Source: Eledone cirrhosa (taxonomy: Eukaryota). From it: a stretch of DNA of 64,000 bases. Below the pieces are notes generated by a model. The model did not search any database, was not told the origin of the DNA, and saw only the letters and a program-made list of their open reading frames with translations. Positions 1 through 14,343 of the stretch are shown one piece after another. A program made the position numbers and the translations under genes. The DNA lies in contig OZ024742.1 of the NCBI GenBank assembly GCA_964016885.1, positions 119,350,001 to 119,414,000 on the forward strand, in the 5' to 3' direction. Numbering within the stretch: the first letter of the stretch is position 1; each line of letters begins with the position of its first letter.

Positions 1-19
1 TCTTCTTATTAATAACTGC

Positions 20-260
20 ATTGTTTCTTTCCAGGTAAACTGACATCAAAGAAAATTCAAAAGTAACGAATAATGACTTTCTTGAAATTGAACAAAATTT
101 GGCATCGAGGTGTTATCAGGTACCTGCAGAAAAAGGATTTAACCCCCAAAGACATTCCTGCTGACATGGTTACTACATTAGGGGTATGACACCCCAGCTT
201 TACCAACAGTGTAAAAGTGGGCAGCTGAATTTAGGAGAGGAAAGGAGACAACCATCCAGG
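20..260 (+). pseudogene. Degenerate mariner transposase N-terminal fragment
   Basis: Manual translation KIWHRGVIRYLQKKDLTPKDI.ADMVTTLG...KWAAEFRRG.E resembles the mariner HTH region; frameshifted. Confidence 0.7.
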
Positions 261-417
261 TTCAGAAAGATTGTAATTTTGACAGTTTACTTTTACTGTT
301 GCTTATATTTTTGTTAATGCAGTTATCATTGTTGTTGATGTCAAATTTGTTGTTACTGCTATACATTTATTATTGGTGTTGGCAGCGGTGGGATTGAATT
401 TTCGTAGCTGTTGCTAT

Positions 418-706
418 AGACCCCATAACTCCTTGTGGAGTCGTAGAGGCACCGTCATACGGCGTGTCTAGGGTACATTTAAACCCGGCGGAGCCCAAAC
501 CCTCTCCAGGTCTGAACACAGCCGATTTTTTCTATAGAGGAAGAATCGACCCAGTACTGGACTGGTACTTTTTTTTATCGACCTCGAAAGGATGACAGGC
601 AAAGTTGATCATGGCGCGATTTGAACTTAGAGCACGCAAAGAGGTGGGACAAATACCGTAAAGCATTCTATCCGACGTCTTAACGACTCTGCCAATTCGC
701 CGCCTT
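418..706 (-). mobile_element. tRNA-derived SINE (MetaSINE-like core) with distinct long 3' tail
   Basis: A/B-box-like head and core ttgcctgtcatcctttcgaggtcgataaaa on - strand; near-identical copy at 56623-56929. Confidence 0.8.
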
Positions 707-2197
707 TATTATACGAGGGTACAAAACATCTGAGACAGTTAGTATCGTATTAATTGATTCACTGGCTTTCTGTTAAATATGCCTTCAATATGAAACTGAT
801 CAGAAAATTTTAAAAGATATTTGGTTGTAATGAATATCTTTATCTCCAGCCGTATTCCCAGACATTTCTTATTGGAGGAAGACAGAAAATCTATTATCTT
901 CTGCTCTACATTACCACAAAAATATATTTCTGCTTCACCTCTATTAGGAATTTCCTCCTTAAGGTTCTATGCACTCTTAATGCTGTCTTTAACGGAAGTC
1001 TGTCTTTTCTAGTATCCACCACCTCTCAATTTGTTTATACTTTATTTTGTCGTTCTACGAACTCCGTTAGCTCCTTGTACTTGTGAACAACTCTGAGATT
1101 GAGAATATTTTGAATATTTTTGTTGTTGCTATAGCTGTTTTTAAAATATGTTTTTGTCTCTGCGGTTGGCTTTGTTTATATTGTACCTTTGGTAGCGTGA
1201 CGACTCATATCGATAACGATTAGGTTACATTTCTCTCACAAACATAGATTAGGGAACTGTTTTCACGTTTCTTTCTCACTTCGGAACAAGCCACTCGCTG
1301 ATTCTTACTGTTTCCCCTTTTCTGAGGTACTAAATGGGACCTCGTACAGTTTTTTGATGCTCTTCTTGTTTTTTATGTATGCACAAGTAGATCTAGTTCG
1401 TCCTCTAGTAGCACTATCAACCAATGACTCGTTATAAGAGTTTCAGTTACTATACATTCATTTTCTAACTAAATCGCGAGTTCAGTCCAGGTGTTGGAGC
1501 TTCTTACAAATGGGTTAATATTTTTTGGTGTTACTTTGTTTTCTTTAATTGTTGTTGGTGATGGTGTTTTCGTCTTTATCCTTGATGTATGTCCTGTCAC
1601 TTTGTTATACTGTTATTCTTTTCAGCTTTGTTGTTGTTGATAAGGATGATGATACCGCTAGTGTTACTTGTTTCGTTCGACATTTCTCCGACATTCTCAA
1701 ATGTTTTGTGGTTTGTTATTTTTTTCACATACCATTTCATTATCTTTCTGCTTCTTTATGTATCTGTTGCCATTTTCTGCTTCACTTTTGTTTTGCATCG
1801 CAACATTATGGCTTTTTGTTAGAGTTATTACTCACTTATTCGTTATAGGTCTCCCAAAACACGCAAATAAAGTAATATATCTGCTTTGACAAGCAGAATC
1901 TTTAAGACATTGTAAACGTTGCCTCTACAACAGCTGTCATGGCTACATCCAACCACTTTCTTCTTCAAACGTCTGACATGCTGACATTTGAGATTTAAAA
2001 AAATATATATCCTCTGACTCCATGTACAGGGGGAAATAACTGTCTCCTCCAATTAAAGGAAGCTCTGAGAATTTTAAAGCCCTTCTTTATCCGAGAATGT
2101 TTTAAACAATATGAACAGCTCAGCTAGGAAATGATAATGATGATGACGATGATGATGATGATAGTATAGTGGTGATGATGATGATGATGATGATAAT

Positions 2198-2615
2198 AAT
2201 TGTTTCTACTTTTGGTACAAGGCCAGCAATCATTCCAGTGCATTACTGGTACTTTATCGACCCCCGTAAGGATGAAAGGCAAAGTTAACCTCGGTGGGAT
2301 TTGAAATCATACCGCAAAGGGGCGTAACTCTATGCTACAAAGCAGGGCGTCCGACCTTCTACCGATACTGCCAATTCACCGCTATGGTGATAATAATAAA
2401 ATGATTTCTACTATAGGCACAAGGCCAGTAATCTAGTGAGAGGGGAAAGTCGATTAAATCGATCCCAGTGTTACTGGTGCTTTTTTATCGACCCAGTAAG
2501 GATGAAAGCAAAGCTAACCTCGGCGGGATGTGAACTCAGAACATAAAGGACCGTAACTTTATGCCACAAAGCATGTTGTCCGTCGCTCTACCGATTGTTC
2601 AATCCTCCGATTCTG
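2198..2615 (-). mobile_element. Two adjacent MetaSINE-like SINE copies
   Basis: Core gcctttcatccttacgggggtcgataaa, tail ggccttgt...agaaacaatt; head tggcagtatcggtag. Confidence 0.85.
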
Positions 2616-2629
2616 TCAATAATAATAAA

Positions 2630-2975
2630 CTGACAGACAATCAAGGCCAACAGACCTGACATAATTGTGAAGGGCCATAAAGAGAAAATATGTTTCTTAT
2701 ATAAATATTTGGACTGGATACCTGGAAAGTCATCCCTGCAAGAGATACAGAAAATAGTGCTGGCTGGCACTGTCCATGTCCTGAGAAATGCATTATCAAT
2801 TGAAAAACCCTGCATAGACATTTACTGATGTTCTGCCTTTATGGCATAATTTGTATGACAATTAATTTTAAAATGTGCGTATTACCAAATTATATCTCGG
2901 GTGTCAGGTTGACACACGGCATAATTTGGGAAAGAAGCAGAATTCAACGGAAATTTCAAACAACAACAACAATAA
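2630..2975 (+). mobile_element. 3' fragment of R4/Dong-like non-LTR retrotransposon
   Basis: Encodes LDWIPGKSSLQEIQKIVLAGTVHVLRNALSI*, homologous to the C-terminus at ~44600-44695; ends in (CAA/TAA)n. Confidence 0.7.
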
Positions 2976-3113
2976 TGGTTTCTGATTTAGGCACAAAGCC
3001 ACAATGTTCTGGTGGGGAAGGGGCAAGTCGATTAAATCGCCCCAGTGCGTTACTTTATTTTATCGACACCGTAAGGATGAAAGGCAAAGCCATCCTCGGC
3101 GGGATTTGAACTG
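2975..3113 (-). mobile_element. Truncated MetaSINE-like SINE
   Basis: Same core and tail; lies tail-to-tail with the Dong fragment. Confidence 0.75.
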
Positions 3114-3479
3114 GAACAATCTTAATCGATTAATTTTCCTTGAAACAATTTTAATAGCTTAGTCCGGATTTTGGTTCACATTCCATGATCTAGTAGTGTA
3201 ATGCATACTCCACTTAATAATTTTACTTTTAAATCTAAACAACTACACTATATTTCAGATTTATGGTTAGAATTTTTATTTTTGAGTTCTTATGATTTGA
3301 AGGGTAAGGTAAGAAACCACTGACTATAATTTACGAAGTCCTTTTTGTAATCATGAAAGCAGTGTTATATAAATGGTAGAGTATCGGACAAAGGGAAATG
3401 TTAATGTTCAAATTTCAAATCCTTATAAAATAGTGAAGTTGAAGTTTGTCCGAAGTCTGGAGGCTAATCAGGTCGGTTT

Positions 3480-3690
3480 CATCGGCGTAAAGCGCCTGAG
3501 AAACTTCGCACTAAACAGGACGCCAGTCCATCGCAGGGTTAAACCCCGACTGCTGTTGGCACACATTTTCAGCTGACTGGAGCGAATCAACAGCAAAGAA
3601 AGTGTTTTGCTCAATAGTACAGCGTCCACTTGGTCTAGGAACCGAAACTACATTTAGATCATAATTTCAACTCCAACTCAGTAGGCCATA
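3480..3690 (-). mobile_element. SINE of a second family (related copies ~6330-6500 and 13020-13165)
   Basis: Shared gtg(t/c)tttgctcaa and gactggagc motifs; tRNA-like head in the 13020 copy (gtggctgagtggtt...gagttcgattcc). Confidence 0.55.
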
Positions 3691-3789
3691 AGCTCTATTC
3701 TGTTGGATCAATTAAATAAGTACAAATGAAGCACTCGAGACGATTTAATTGGTTATAACTTCTATAAGTTGGTGTCCTTATATTGACAT

Positions 3790-4214
3790 ATATTTAACTA
3801 GATCTGAAAAATGCGCAAGCTCAAAAGTGTAATAATGTTATAATAAACCTTCAAAAGTGTGGGACTAGAGTTATTGCTCAAAAATATTGTAATCATTATC
3901 TATCGTACACTCTGTGGCATCCTTTTATAAAAAAGAGACTCATAACGGACTCAAGACGACACGATAATTATTTAAGCTAATGTTCAATATCTCATATTAG
4001 ATGTTTAGTAATGATTAATACGAAATGCACTTAAACAGAATTCTATATTATAAATAATTATCGTGTCGTCTTGAGTTCGTTATGCCACAGAGTGTACGAT
4101 AGATAATGATTACAATATTTTTGAGCAACAACTCTAGTCCCACACTTTTGAAGGTTTATTATAACAATCTGTGGCTCTTTTGAGCTTGGGCATTTTTCAG
4201 GTCTAGTTTAATAT
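3790..4214. repeat. Long inverted repeat (fold-back), ~165-185 bp arms, 76 bp spacer
   Basis: 3790-3974 is the reverse complement of 4051-4214 apart from a ~23 bp insertion in the left arm. Confidence 0.9.
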
Positions 4215-4877
4215 TTTTTTAAGGCAACGCTTGTAATAACTCTAGTTAAACATGATATATATATTAATAATAAATTATTAATTGTTATTTTATAATTCTT
4301 ATTTTATAAATGATCTTATAAATATTATTGTAAGATATATAAAGATATTTTCAGACTTTTAATAGTTATAAATTTAAAAAATCATATATAAATTAACAAG
4401 ATAACTTTCCAAAACGAGAAAAATATTTTGATGATAAAACGACGAAATACTGGAGGAAAATTCGAAAGCGAAAGGATAAATAAACATGGAAACAAAGTGG
4501 CGGATGCTTTTGAGCAACAATTACTCTCGTTGGTTGATTAACCAATAACACGATGAAATTAGCCAATAAGACGATACATTACAAAAGATGTTTGGGAGTC
4601 ATCACCACGGCCAGCGATACCCCTTGAAATTTTTATTCACAAGCTACGCATGTATGTCAGTCACACACATCATCACACCACATCATCACACACACAAGAC
4701 ACACAGACTTAAAATATTCTGTTGTTAGTAACTGCGTGTCTAACAGATGAAGTGAAGAAAAATGCGAATAAACCTGAGGCATCGCAATATATTACCAGCA
4801 CATTTGTAAGTGGAAAAATAAAAATGCTTTCTCGTTTTGCACACACACACACACGCACACGCACACGCACACACACA

Positions 4878-4911
<34 letters not shown>

Positions 4912-7564
4912 TGTGTGTGTATGTGTATATGTCTGAATGTGTTTTTATGTATGTGGTGGGTGAAAAAATGTGATAGGAAAAATACACAATAAATGTAGCA
5001 GAAGTTATTGCTTTAATGACAGCTTGGACCACTATCACATTCTTCCCATTGGCTCCACCCAATCACCCACGCATACAAACCCTGTACAACATCTATACAT
5101 GTGTGTGTTCTCTTTCCTTTGTAAGTCATCGATGACTAATAGTGATCTCAACAAATGGTTGGTGGTAAATGGTGTCAAATATTTGGCGAGATACTGGGTT
5201 ATCTTTGGCTTTTTTCCCTGAGATTAAACTGGCAATTACTTCTTGAATCTCTTTGTTTTTAGCCCTTCAAATAGTATGTACTTATGAAATATCAAAATAC
5301 ACCTGGCAACACTTTAGAAGCAAACTGCTTAACCTTCAAAGCATCAGTGCAGAAAAACGACGTGGAGATGGGAATGTAATTGTTAGAAATATGCTGCAAA
5401 TATTTCGAGAGAATGATGTTGAGAGCAACTTGAGGTTGAAGGCCGTATGGTAGAAGCAAAGTCCCAAAAATTCGGAAACAATGTAAAATAGTTTCAGCCA
5501 AACTGTTAATTAAATATAATTTAAGCTGTTTTCATTTCACTAATAATTATTTTAGCATTCAAAGTCTGTTTGATCTGAAACCTATTTTTATTGTGCTAAA
5601 AAGACATCTTCCTCTTTGGATGAAAAATGCTAGACGTTTGCATGAGAAGATTTGGTTTCAATATTTTAAGGTGAAGGATAATTCCTTAGTTATATAATGT
5701 TATATAACTGGCTACAGAGTTGAGCTGTACTTCTTTACATAACATGATTTCTCTAAAAATGTTTGTTGATAAGAATTTTGAGTTACGTACTTTTATAATG
5801 ACGGCAGAGCTGTTCTAGAAAATGGGTCGCAGGTGGCGGGTAGTGACATGGTCACTAAATATGTTGGTTAGTTGCAATATAAGCGGGCTCTTACCGAACG
5901 AATAAGGAACCCTGAAACAACAACGGTAAACTGTAAAGGGAGGTGGAGGGATAGGTGATACTGTTAGCTCCCAAGAAAACACTCACAACTCAGTGATATA
6001 GCTTCGACGACGCGAGTAAAGGCACTGCTAAGAAAAGCCTAAATTTCGTAGGTCTGATAAAATGACTAAATTGGTGAATAATATGAATGAAACTCCCAAA
6101 ACACTGCAATATGGTTGGAAACAGAAAAGGCATTCATCCTTCACGCGGGATAACACACTGGCGATGGGCCTGCGACCTGCCCTAGGACGTGTGGGATGGA
6201 AGCACAAAGTTTACGTATCCTGAGATTTCAGAGAATGTTCGGAAGGAAGCAAACCTTGACAATTGGTAACTAGAACGTTACAACCATTACAGGCTGTATG
6301 TCAAGACTAGTAAGCTAAGCAATTTAGCATGACAAAGCTGGCCCTTTCAATTACAAGTACAACTCATTTTGTCAGCTTAGTGGACTGGAGCAACGTGAAA
6401 CTGTCTTGCTCAAAGAAAACAACGCACCGCCTGGTCCAAGAATCAAATCACGACCTTACGATCGTGATGCGAACATCCTAATCAATAACCCACGCGCCTT
6501 CCCGTCAATTGTATGGATCTATCATTCTATGTAGGAATAATATATGTTATAAAGAATGAAATAGTTTCCTTCTTTCAAAATAAAAATGAATTTTTAAATA
6601 CTTAGTAATACGCAAAGTAAATTTTATTTTTTAGAAGAGAGTTTGTGTTCGATTGAATGGCTATCAATAATTCACAGTTATTTATTTTATCAATCCTAGA
6701 GAGGTTAAAGGCAAATTCGATCTGAATAGGATTTCAGCTCATAATATGTTTCAGAATACAAAACAATACAACCTCTACAGCAGCGTTCTATTTATGGCTC
6801 TCTATAAATAAAACGAATTAACACTGATTTCTGACTTAGTCCCGCGTGTTGTAAGTGGCATGCTCCTGTTACGTGTAGACCACGAAACAATTTCATTCCC
6901 TAGGTAATATCAATTTTCCTTTGGTCACTGATAAACTTAGGAAAAACTTAAACGTCACAACATCCTATATTTCCCTCTAGAATAAATGATCTTTGTATCT
7001 AAATAAAATAATATTGATATTTTCACTTATGCAGAAGCTCTTAACTATTCAAGAAGAAATATCAATTGTACCTTTATTAAAGGGATTAATTATATATAAC
7101 TGAAGGGAAATTACATCAGCCAAGAATCGAAATATGATAACTACTTCGATTTGGTAGTATATCTATGTACTTCAACTTCCACCGATTTATTAATTTCGTA
7201 TTTACAAGCGTTGGTCCTTGGTTTATAAGATTATAAGATCAATGAAATACACTGTGATCACGTCTTTCCCGAGGCGTACCCGATGTATGTGAAGTGAAAA
7301 ATGTTCAATGAGGTATAGCTGACTTGACTTGTCTGCAGAACTTCCTATGCGTTCTGTATGAAAATATATTTGTTTATGTCTTTACACAGACAGTTATATT
7401 TTAGAGAAGAAAGGAAATTATGAAATAGTAGTGCTGATGGTATTCTTGAGGGCATTGAGGGGGTTGTAAATAATGTGAACTTGCATCAACCGAGAATCGA
7501 ATTCGTACCATAGTCTTGACATATCAAGAGCTTACCTCTCGCTCGACACATTTTAGAAATATAT

Positions 7565-8127
7565 TGATTTTTAATTTAGGTAAAGGCCAGCAATTTCTAT
7601 TTAGTAACGTTACTCGATAGAGTGCGTAGCTCAGATACCAGAGATTCACTCCAGGTAGAGCCGCTACTTCTCAGAATTGAGAGATCGGGCATGTGGTTTG
7701 AATGTCTCAAGAAAGAATCGCTGGACAGATTTTACGGGCAAAACCGACCAGGAAGAGACATGGGGGGGGGGGGGGGGTCCGAGCAAGATGGTTGGATAAT
7801 ATCTCATTTGGGGATCCATCAGGAACAGGTGGAGACGGCTGCTTCTGACAGGACCCTCTGGATGGAGTGTTTGAGGACTTGGCCTCCACGACCCTCTCAT
7901 GAATAAGTCGTCAAGAAAGAAGAAGAAGAAGAAGAAGAAGAAGTCAGCAATTTTCGGAGGAAGGCAAAGTTGTTTAAACTTGACTGGTATTTTATTTTAT
8001 TGACCCCAGAAGGATGAAAGGAAAAGTTGATCATAGCAGGATTTAATCTCAGAATGCAAAGAGTCAGAACAAATACCGTAATGGCCTTTTCTCTGACGCT
8101 CTACTAATTCTGTCAATCCACCACTCT
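7565..8127 (-). mobile_element. SINE interrupted by an RTE 3' fragment
   Basis: SINE flanked by TSD ttttagaaatatattga (7551, 8128); RTE insert flanked by cagcaattt. Confidence 0.7.
7604..7943 (+). mobile_element. RTE-like LINE 3' fragment with (GAA)n tail
   Basis: RSSDTRDSLQVEPLLLRIERS..WF...RPGR...W C-terminal motifs; (GAA)n tail. Confidence 0.75.
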
Positions 8128-8880
8128 TTTTAGAAATATATTGACACTCATAATATTTTAGATACTCTTTATATAGATGTACATTGCATATTTATTTGCA
8201 TTTCTGTAATATTTAACTTAATTTGCGTTGAAGTTTTGTCAACGAAAAAAATAAAATATATATATTCGCAAATTCGATAATGAATCATAAAATGTGAAAA
8301 CAGAATGTTTTGTGTTCACCATAATGGATCGCATTTGGTTGTATCTGGCACTTGCATCTGTTCTTTTTTTTATTAATAGCTTAGATCTCCCCCATAAATG
8401 AATCGATTAGGGTGATAAAACTCCGCATTTAAATTCTACTTGGAACAATAAATTACATTTAAGCATAGTTTCACATTAGATATCACAATTAAGATATCTA
8501 ACAGCAGCAAGAATACAAATATTATTCAATGATATAAACACACACACACAAAAAGGTATAAAAATGATTTCTAGCAGAGGAATCGGTCATGCTCTGGTAT
8601 TATATCAAAGTAAGTGCACATTGAGGGAGATTTCCTTGCTATTTCTAACATAGCTCATAATGGTTTCAGTTGTTGGTCCATAATTACATATATTCATAAA
8701 TGAGTTTGAGAGGAATTTGGCTGCTATTTCTAACATTTTGAGATACCATATATAAATACATATATAAGACAGTAGGGTATGATCTGAGGGAGATTAGAAA
8801 ACTATTCCTCTCAGGTCAAGTTTTAATGTAAAAGTGCCTCTCGTTAGTTCATGCATATATATATATATATATATATATAT

Positions 8881-9063
8881 AATTGTTTCTACTTTTGGCA
8901 CAAGGCCATCAATTACCCAGTACATTACTGGTACTTTATTTTATCGACCCCGTAAGGATGTAAGGCAAAGTTAACCTCAGTGGGATTTGAACTCAGACCG
9001 CAAAGGGACGTAACTATGCTGGAAAGCATGGCGTCCGACCCTCTACCGATACTGCCAATCCAC
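8881..9063 (-). mobile_element. MetaSINE-like SINE, near full length
   Basis: Head ggattggcagtatcggtag, B box gagttcaaatcc, core and tail. Confidence 0.9.
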
Positions 9064-9099
9064 CAGGGTTATAACGGCTTACATTCAATCATTCTTTTG

Positions 9100-9241
<142 letters not shown>

Positions 9242-9437
9242 CATAAGTCAGTAAGGTATGATTTAAGAGAGATTTGGCTGGTACTTCTAGCCGTATTAAC
9301 TTATTTCACAGAGGTCTACATTATTGGCTCGCACACAAAGATATATGCACACAAATACACGCGCGTGCGTAAACATATATAAACATTTATTATTAGGACA
9401 ATTTAAAATGCGACCATCTTAATGCAAATGACTATAA

Positions 9438-9719
9438 TAATGGTTTCTGATTTAGGCACAAGGCCAATAATTTTTGGGGTGAGTGTGTGTGTGTGTGTGT
9501 GTGTATATATAGGGGGGGGGAGTTGATTAAATCTACCTCAGTGCATTACTGGTGCTTCATTTGAATTCGGAACGTAAAGGGACGTAACTCTATGTCACGA
9601 AGCATGATGTCCGACGCTCTACCGATACTGCCAATCCACCTAGCTTACTATAAGAATAATAATAGTTTCTGATTTAGGCACAAGGCCAACGATTTTGGGA
9701 CAGGAGGAAATCGATTTAT

Positions 9720-9801
<82 letters not shown>

Positions 9802-9991
9802 TACAGATAATGGTTTCTGATCAAAGCCAAACATCTTTTGGGGAAAGGGAAAGTCAATTGAATCAACACCAGTGCGTTACTAGTACTTTATTTTATCGTC
9901 TTCGTAAGGATGAAACAGCGTAAAGGGCCGTAACTATATACCAGAAAGCATGTCCGACGTTCTACCGATACTGCCAATCCACTGTCTTCTT

Positions 9992-10031
<40 letters not shown>

Positions 10032-10245
10032 AGATAATTATTTCTGATCTAGGCACAAGGCCATCAATTTTTTGGGAAAGGGAAAGTCAATTAAATCGAC
10101 CTCAGTTCATTACTGGTACTTTACTTTATCGACCTGTAAGGATGAAAAGCAAAGTTAACCTCGGCGGGATTTTAACTTACAACGTAAAGGGCCGTAACTA
10201 TATGCTGCAAAGCATGTTGTCCGACGCTCTACCGATACTGCCTTC
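9438..10245 (-). mobile_element. Cluster of ~4 SINE copies/fragments interleaved with (CTA)n/(CTG)n microsatellites
   Basis: Repeated tail tttctgatttaggcacaaggcc and head ctaccgatactgccaatcc. Confidence 0.8.
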
Positions 10246-10920
10246 AGCTGGGTAAATAATAAGGAATTTTAGTGCCTATTTTTCCAACATAAGTAATGCG
10301 GAATTGCTTCCATCGGAAATTACTAGGAGCTTATTTCATTATCCTTTTTCTCTGAGAAACTGCCATGCTCAAAACTTCAGATATTTAATCTCTTTATGGT
10401 TCACTCACACACTTCATGTTTTACTACTGTCATGTAGTGTTAGTTTGTTTTGATTTTCTCTGCTGATTTGGAAAAGTAAATAGTAAATGGAAAATTTTCA
10501 AATATAACAGAATCAAGACAGGATTTCCATTGATATAAACAAGCACCCATATCAAGGTTTCATGAGAAAATGAAGAAAAACAACAGCATTCTTTTACAGC
10601 CATTTTAGAAAAAGTCGTTGAACTTATGTGTCACATTTTTTTGCTTTGACCTCTATAAGTGTGAAAAAATATATGAATAAAATCACTCAGTATATACATG
10701 CTAATATTTTACAAAAATGCATAGAACAAAATACTGAAACAAATATTGAGATAAAGGGGTGGTTTGTATTATTCCAAATGTTTTCAACATCAGAAATAAA
10801 TAGAGTTGGGTTAAATACCGTTATTAGGGAAAATATTAGGCTTATCTCGCCTTACTCTCTGGCAGAACAACCAAACTCACTTTTATTATATAAATAAAGA
10901 AAGCATTATATAAATATACG

Positions 10921-11109
10921 GCAGTGGATTGGCAGTATCGATAGAGCGTCAGACCCCCATGCTTTGCAGCATAGAGTTATGACTCTTTACGTTCTGAGTT
11001 CAAATCCCGCCGAGGTTAACTTTACTTTTCATCCTTATGAGGTCGATAAAATAAAGTACAAGTAATGCACCGGGGTAATTGCTGGCCTTGTGCCAAAAGT
11101 AGAAACAAT

Positions 11110-11110
<1 letters not shown>
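10921..11110 (+). mobile_element. MetaSINE-like SINE
   Basis: ggcagtggattggcagtatcg...gagttcaaatccc...ggccttgtgccaaaagtagaaacaatt. Confidence 0.9.
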
Positions 11111-11140
<30 letters not shown>

Positions 11141-13328
11141 TCAATGTCCTGTTATGATTAAAACATTGTGCCTATTGTTCTGTTGAAATTATAGGAAGGT
11201 TTGATACTTCGATTTTAATACGTTCAGCCTGTTAGTCAACTATTCTTACTATCTACATCCCACCTTGCTCTTTGTTTCTGTGCTTTCTACACCTTATACC
11301 AACACTTTCTAATGTCCTACAAAAGCATTAAAGTTACACAGTTTCAGTTACCCTCCCATAAAAAAGATCTAAATTTCTGCCTCGTAAAACAAATCTTGTA
11401 AACCCTTAATTATAGTGAAAAGTAAATAAAATACGTATATTCACGTTCATTTTCTTCAAAGAGCCTAAAAGAAATGTTCTGAATTAACTATATATGCTCG
11501 TTATGCCAAGACAAAACAAGATACCTTTAAGATGTTAAATTGACTTTCAAATTTGTGATAAATTGTTCATACATGTGATGTTATTCTGGTTAGTTTTCAA
11601 TACAACTGTATTTCCATGATGAACATAATAACAAAAATTTGAAACTGTTAAATGCTTGGGTTTTGGAGGAAGGTGGGGCCAGAATCAAACCTAATTTGTA
11701 GGATATATTATTTTCTTCATATTCAGACACATGGGAAATATTTGAAGTGGAAGGATTTAGTCGATTTAAATCGATTACAATAGAACAAATTTCACTATCA
11801 TGCGATTTAAACTCTCTTGATTAAATAATGCATGGCTTATTTATACTACTTAAACATTAATTCTTGAACATATTTTTTATTAAGTAAAAGAAGTACTAAA
11901 TCTAACCGTAATGTTAATGGGCATCTAAGTGAATTTGCAGTGCCAGATGGTTTAGCTTCAAGTATGAAACGAAATTGTCCTTAAAGAAACGGTTCGCCGG
12001 GAACTTATGTCTTATTAGAACGCGTTTAATTCTAATTTAGATACAAGGCTACACATTTTTTGATGAGTAATGTATAGTTAGTAATTGACTGCAGTCCTTA
12101 TTTTATTAACATCGGAAGGATGGAAAGCAAAATCGTAATTGGCAGGATTTGAACTCAAAATGTAACTAAAATCCGTATGTCATTTTATCCAGTGCTTTTC
12201 CGTGTCTACCAGGCACCGCTGTATTTTTGCATACATCGTAGATAGCTGCACATTTGTGTGACCTTGAAATGACATATATCGAATTAACAACAACCTTGAA
12301 TTGAGAGCAGCTTGAACTACATATGTATTTGTCCATTAATCACAAGAGGATACATAATTATTCATAAGTTTCACTTGCACTCGTATAGACTTGAAAAATC
12401 ACTTGACAAGGAAAAGTGGTTTAAGAAGCTTTTAATGTGTTAACATAAAACTTATACACTATAGTACATATATACGTAATATAATAGCGATTCATTTGCG
12501 AAAACAAATTTACGAAAACAACAGGTGCAATCTAAGGAAACATACATGAAAGATTTATTTGTTATTTAAAAATTGGCGTAGAGTGTTTTCATGTAATAAG
12601 TGCTAAAAGATGTGGAATTAACGAAACCTTGTCGCTCAAACATTAACTGATGCTAACATACGTACTAACATACATACTAACACACACAAACACACACACA
12701 GACACACACACACAAACACACACATTATCACAATCAACACTAATGCTATCAATTAGTAATAATGCCGCCACTAAAAGAATCCCGTAGAGTCTTAGTTCCC
12801 TATTCTTTAATGAAATGTAGATGTATTTTATTTTAATAATGTTATATGAACAAAATTTAATGAGGTTAGCCGTGGGTCATACAATTAAGACCGGTGAGTC
12901 AAACAAGCTGTAACGCGAAGACTTACAGTAAAAAATGTTTTTATAACAACGAGTGAGGGACCGGAAAATGAAGTTTATGATCAAAAGAAGCCTCAAGTGA
13001 AAAAGTTATGTATATATTTAGTGAAGGCACGTGGCTGAGTGGTTAAAAAATTGGATTCGCAATCGTGAGGTTGTGAGTTCGATTCCGGAACTGGTTGATG
13101 CGTTATATCCTTGAGAAAGACTCTTTATTTCACGTTGCTCCTCCTGCCTGGATTTGCGACCGGCAGAAAGTATTATATATATATATATACATAATGGAAA
13201 GACCAATATATATATATATATATATTGTCATGCTGGCAATAAAAACACACGCACCTGTTGGTTTTCACTTCAATTTATTATAAATTTCCAGTAGGTTGGT
13301 TCGATAACTGGATGGTTGTTTATATATT

Positions 13329-13371
13329 GTCAAAGTTCTTTCATCACACCTTCTGTGACCTCCTCAGTGAC
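13329..13371 (-). ncRNA. Degenerate minimal type-I hammerhead ribozyme in a ~200 bp insert between (TA)n tracts
   Basis: GUCA CUGAGGA G GUCAC..GUGAU GAAA GAAC UU UGAC: stems I and II pair; one extra or missing base at the stem II base. Confidence 0.5.
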
Positions 13372-13460
13372 TGAATTTTCATTTTGCGTCTCTCCTTTGT
13401 TCCGTCCTACACCATCTTATTTTTATGTGTTGTATATATATATATATATATATATATATA

Positions 13461-14343
13461 CGAGGTGTGTCAGAATAGTTCCAGGACTGATGTCACAAAA
13501 TATTTATTTCAAACCCAAACTTCACACTAAGAGTTTTCTCCTTCAAAGTAATCCCCCTGGAGTATGTAACTGTAATTTTAGCTCTCTGCAGCGATCAAAC
13601 TCTTTTCTTCATAATTTTATATATATGTCCTTTGTTTCAGGTCGTCAGGCAATGAGCACAGAGCAACGAATGGTTGGGGAAAACTCCATCAGAAGCACTG
13701 GGATTGCTGCAGCAAGTGTATGGAGATGAGACGATGTCGCGCTCACCGGTTTTTGAGTGGTGCAAGAGGTTTAAAGAAGGACGCGAGGACGTGGAAGATG
13801 ACCCCAGGAGCGGAAGACCCTCAACAACCAGGACTGAGGTCAAATTTGAGCGCATCAGGCAGATGGTGCGTAGCGATCGTCGGTTGACTGTTCGACTGAT
13901 GGCAAATGAGCTGAGAATGAATCGGGACAGCGTCTGGAAGATTCTCAATGAAGATTTGGACATGGGGAAAGTCTGCGCGAAGATGGTGCCAAAACTGCTA
14001 AACGATGACCAGAAGGATCGACGCATGCAAGTGTGCCAGGACATCCTCGAGCGTCTTGAAACCGAACCAGATTTGCTAGGGAGAGTCATCACCGGTGATG
14101 AGTCATGGATGCTCAAGGGGGTCATCAAGGGGACCCGTTTTGAAGACGTGGACGACATCAAAAAAGCCGTGACGGCGGAACCGCGGAGGATCCCGGAAGA
14201 ATCCTTCCAGGAGTGCATGAAAGCGTGGCAGAAAAGGATGGAAAAGTGCATTAGACTCCAGGGGGATTACTTTGAAGGAGAAAAGTTTGGGTTTGAAATA
14301 AATCTTTTGTGACATCAATCCTGGAACTTTTCTGACACATCTC

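Noticed and set aside
780-2120. Possible decayed LINE ORF1 on - strand
   Set aside because: Only compositional resemblance to 41240-41900; no motif could be aligned confidently.
4747-4805. Possible host exon (cag...gtaagt)
   Set aside because: Weak polypyrimidine tract, no recognisable protein and no partner exons.
10921-11010. tRNA gene
   Set aside because: The A/B boxes belong to the SINE head; no complete cloverleaf.
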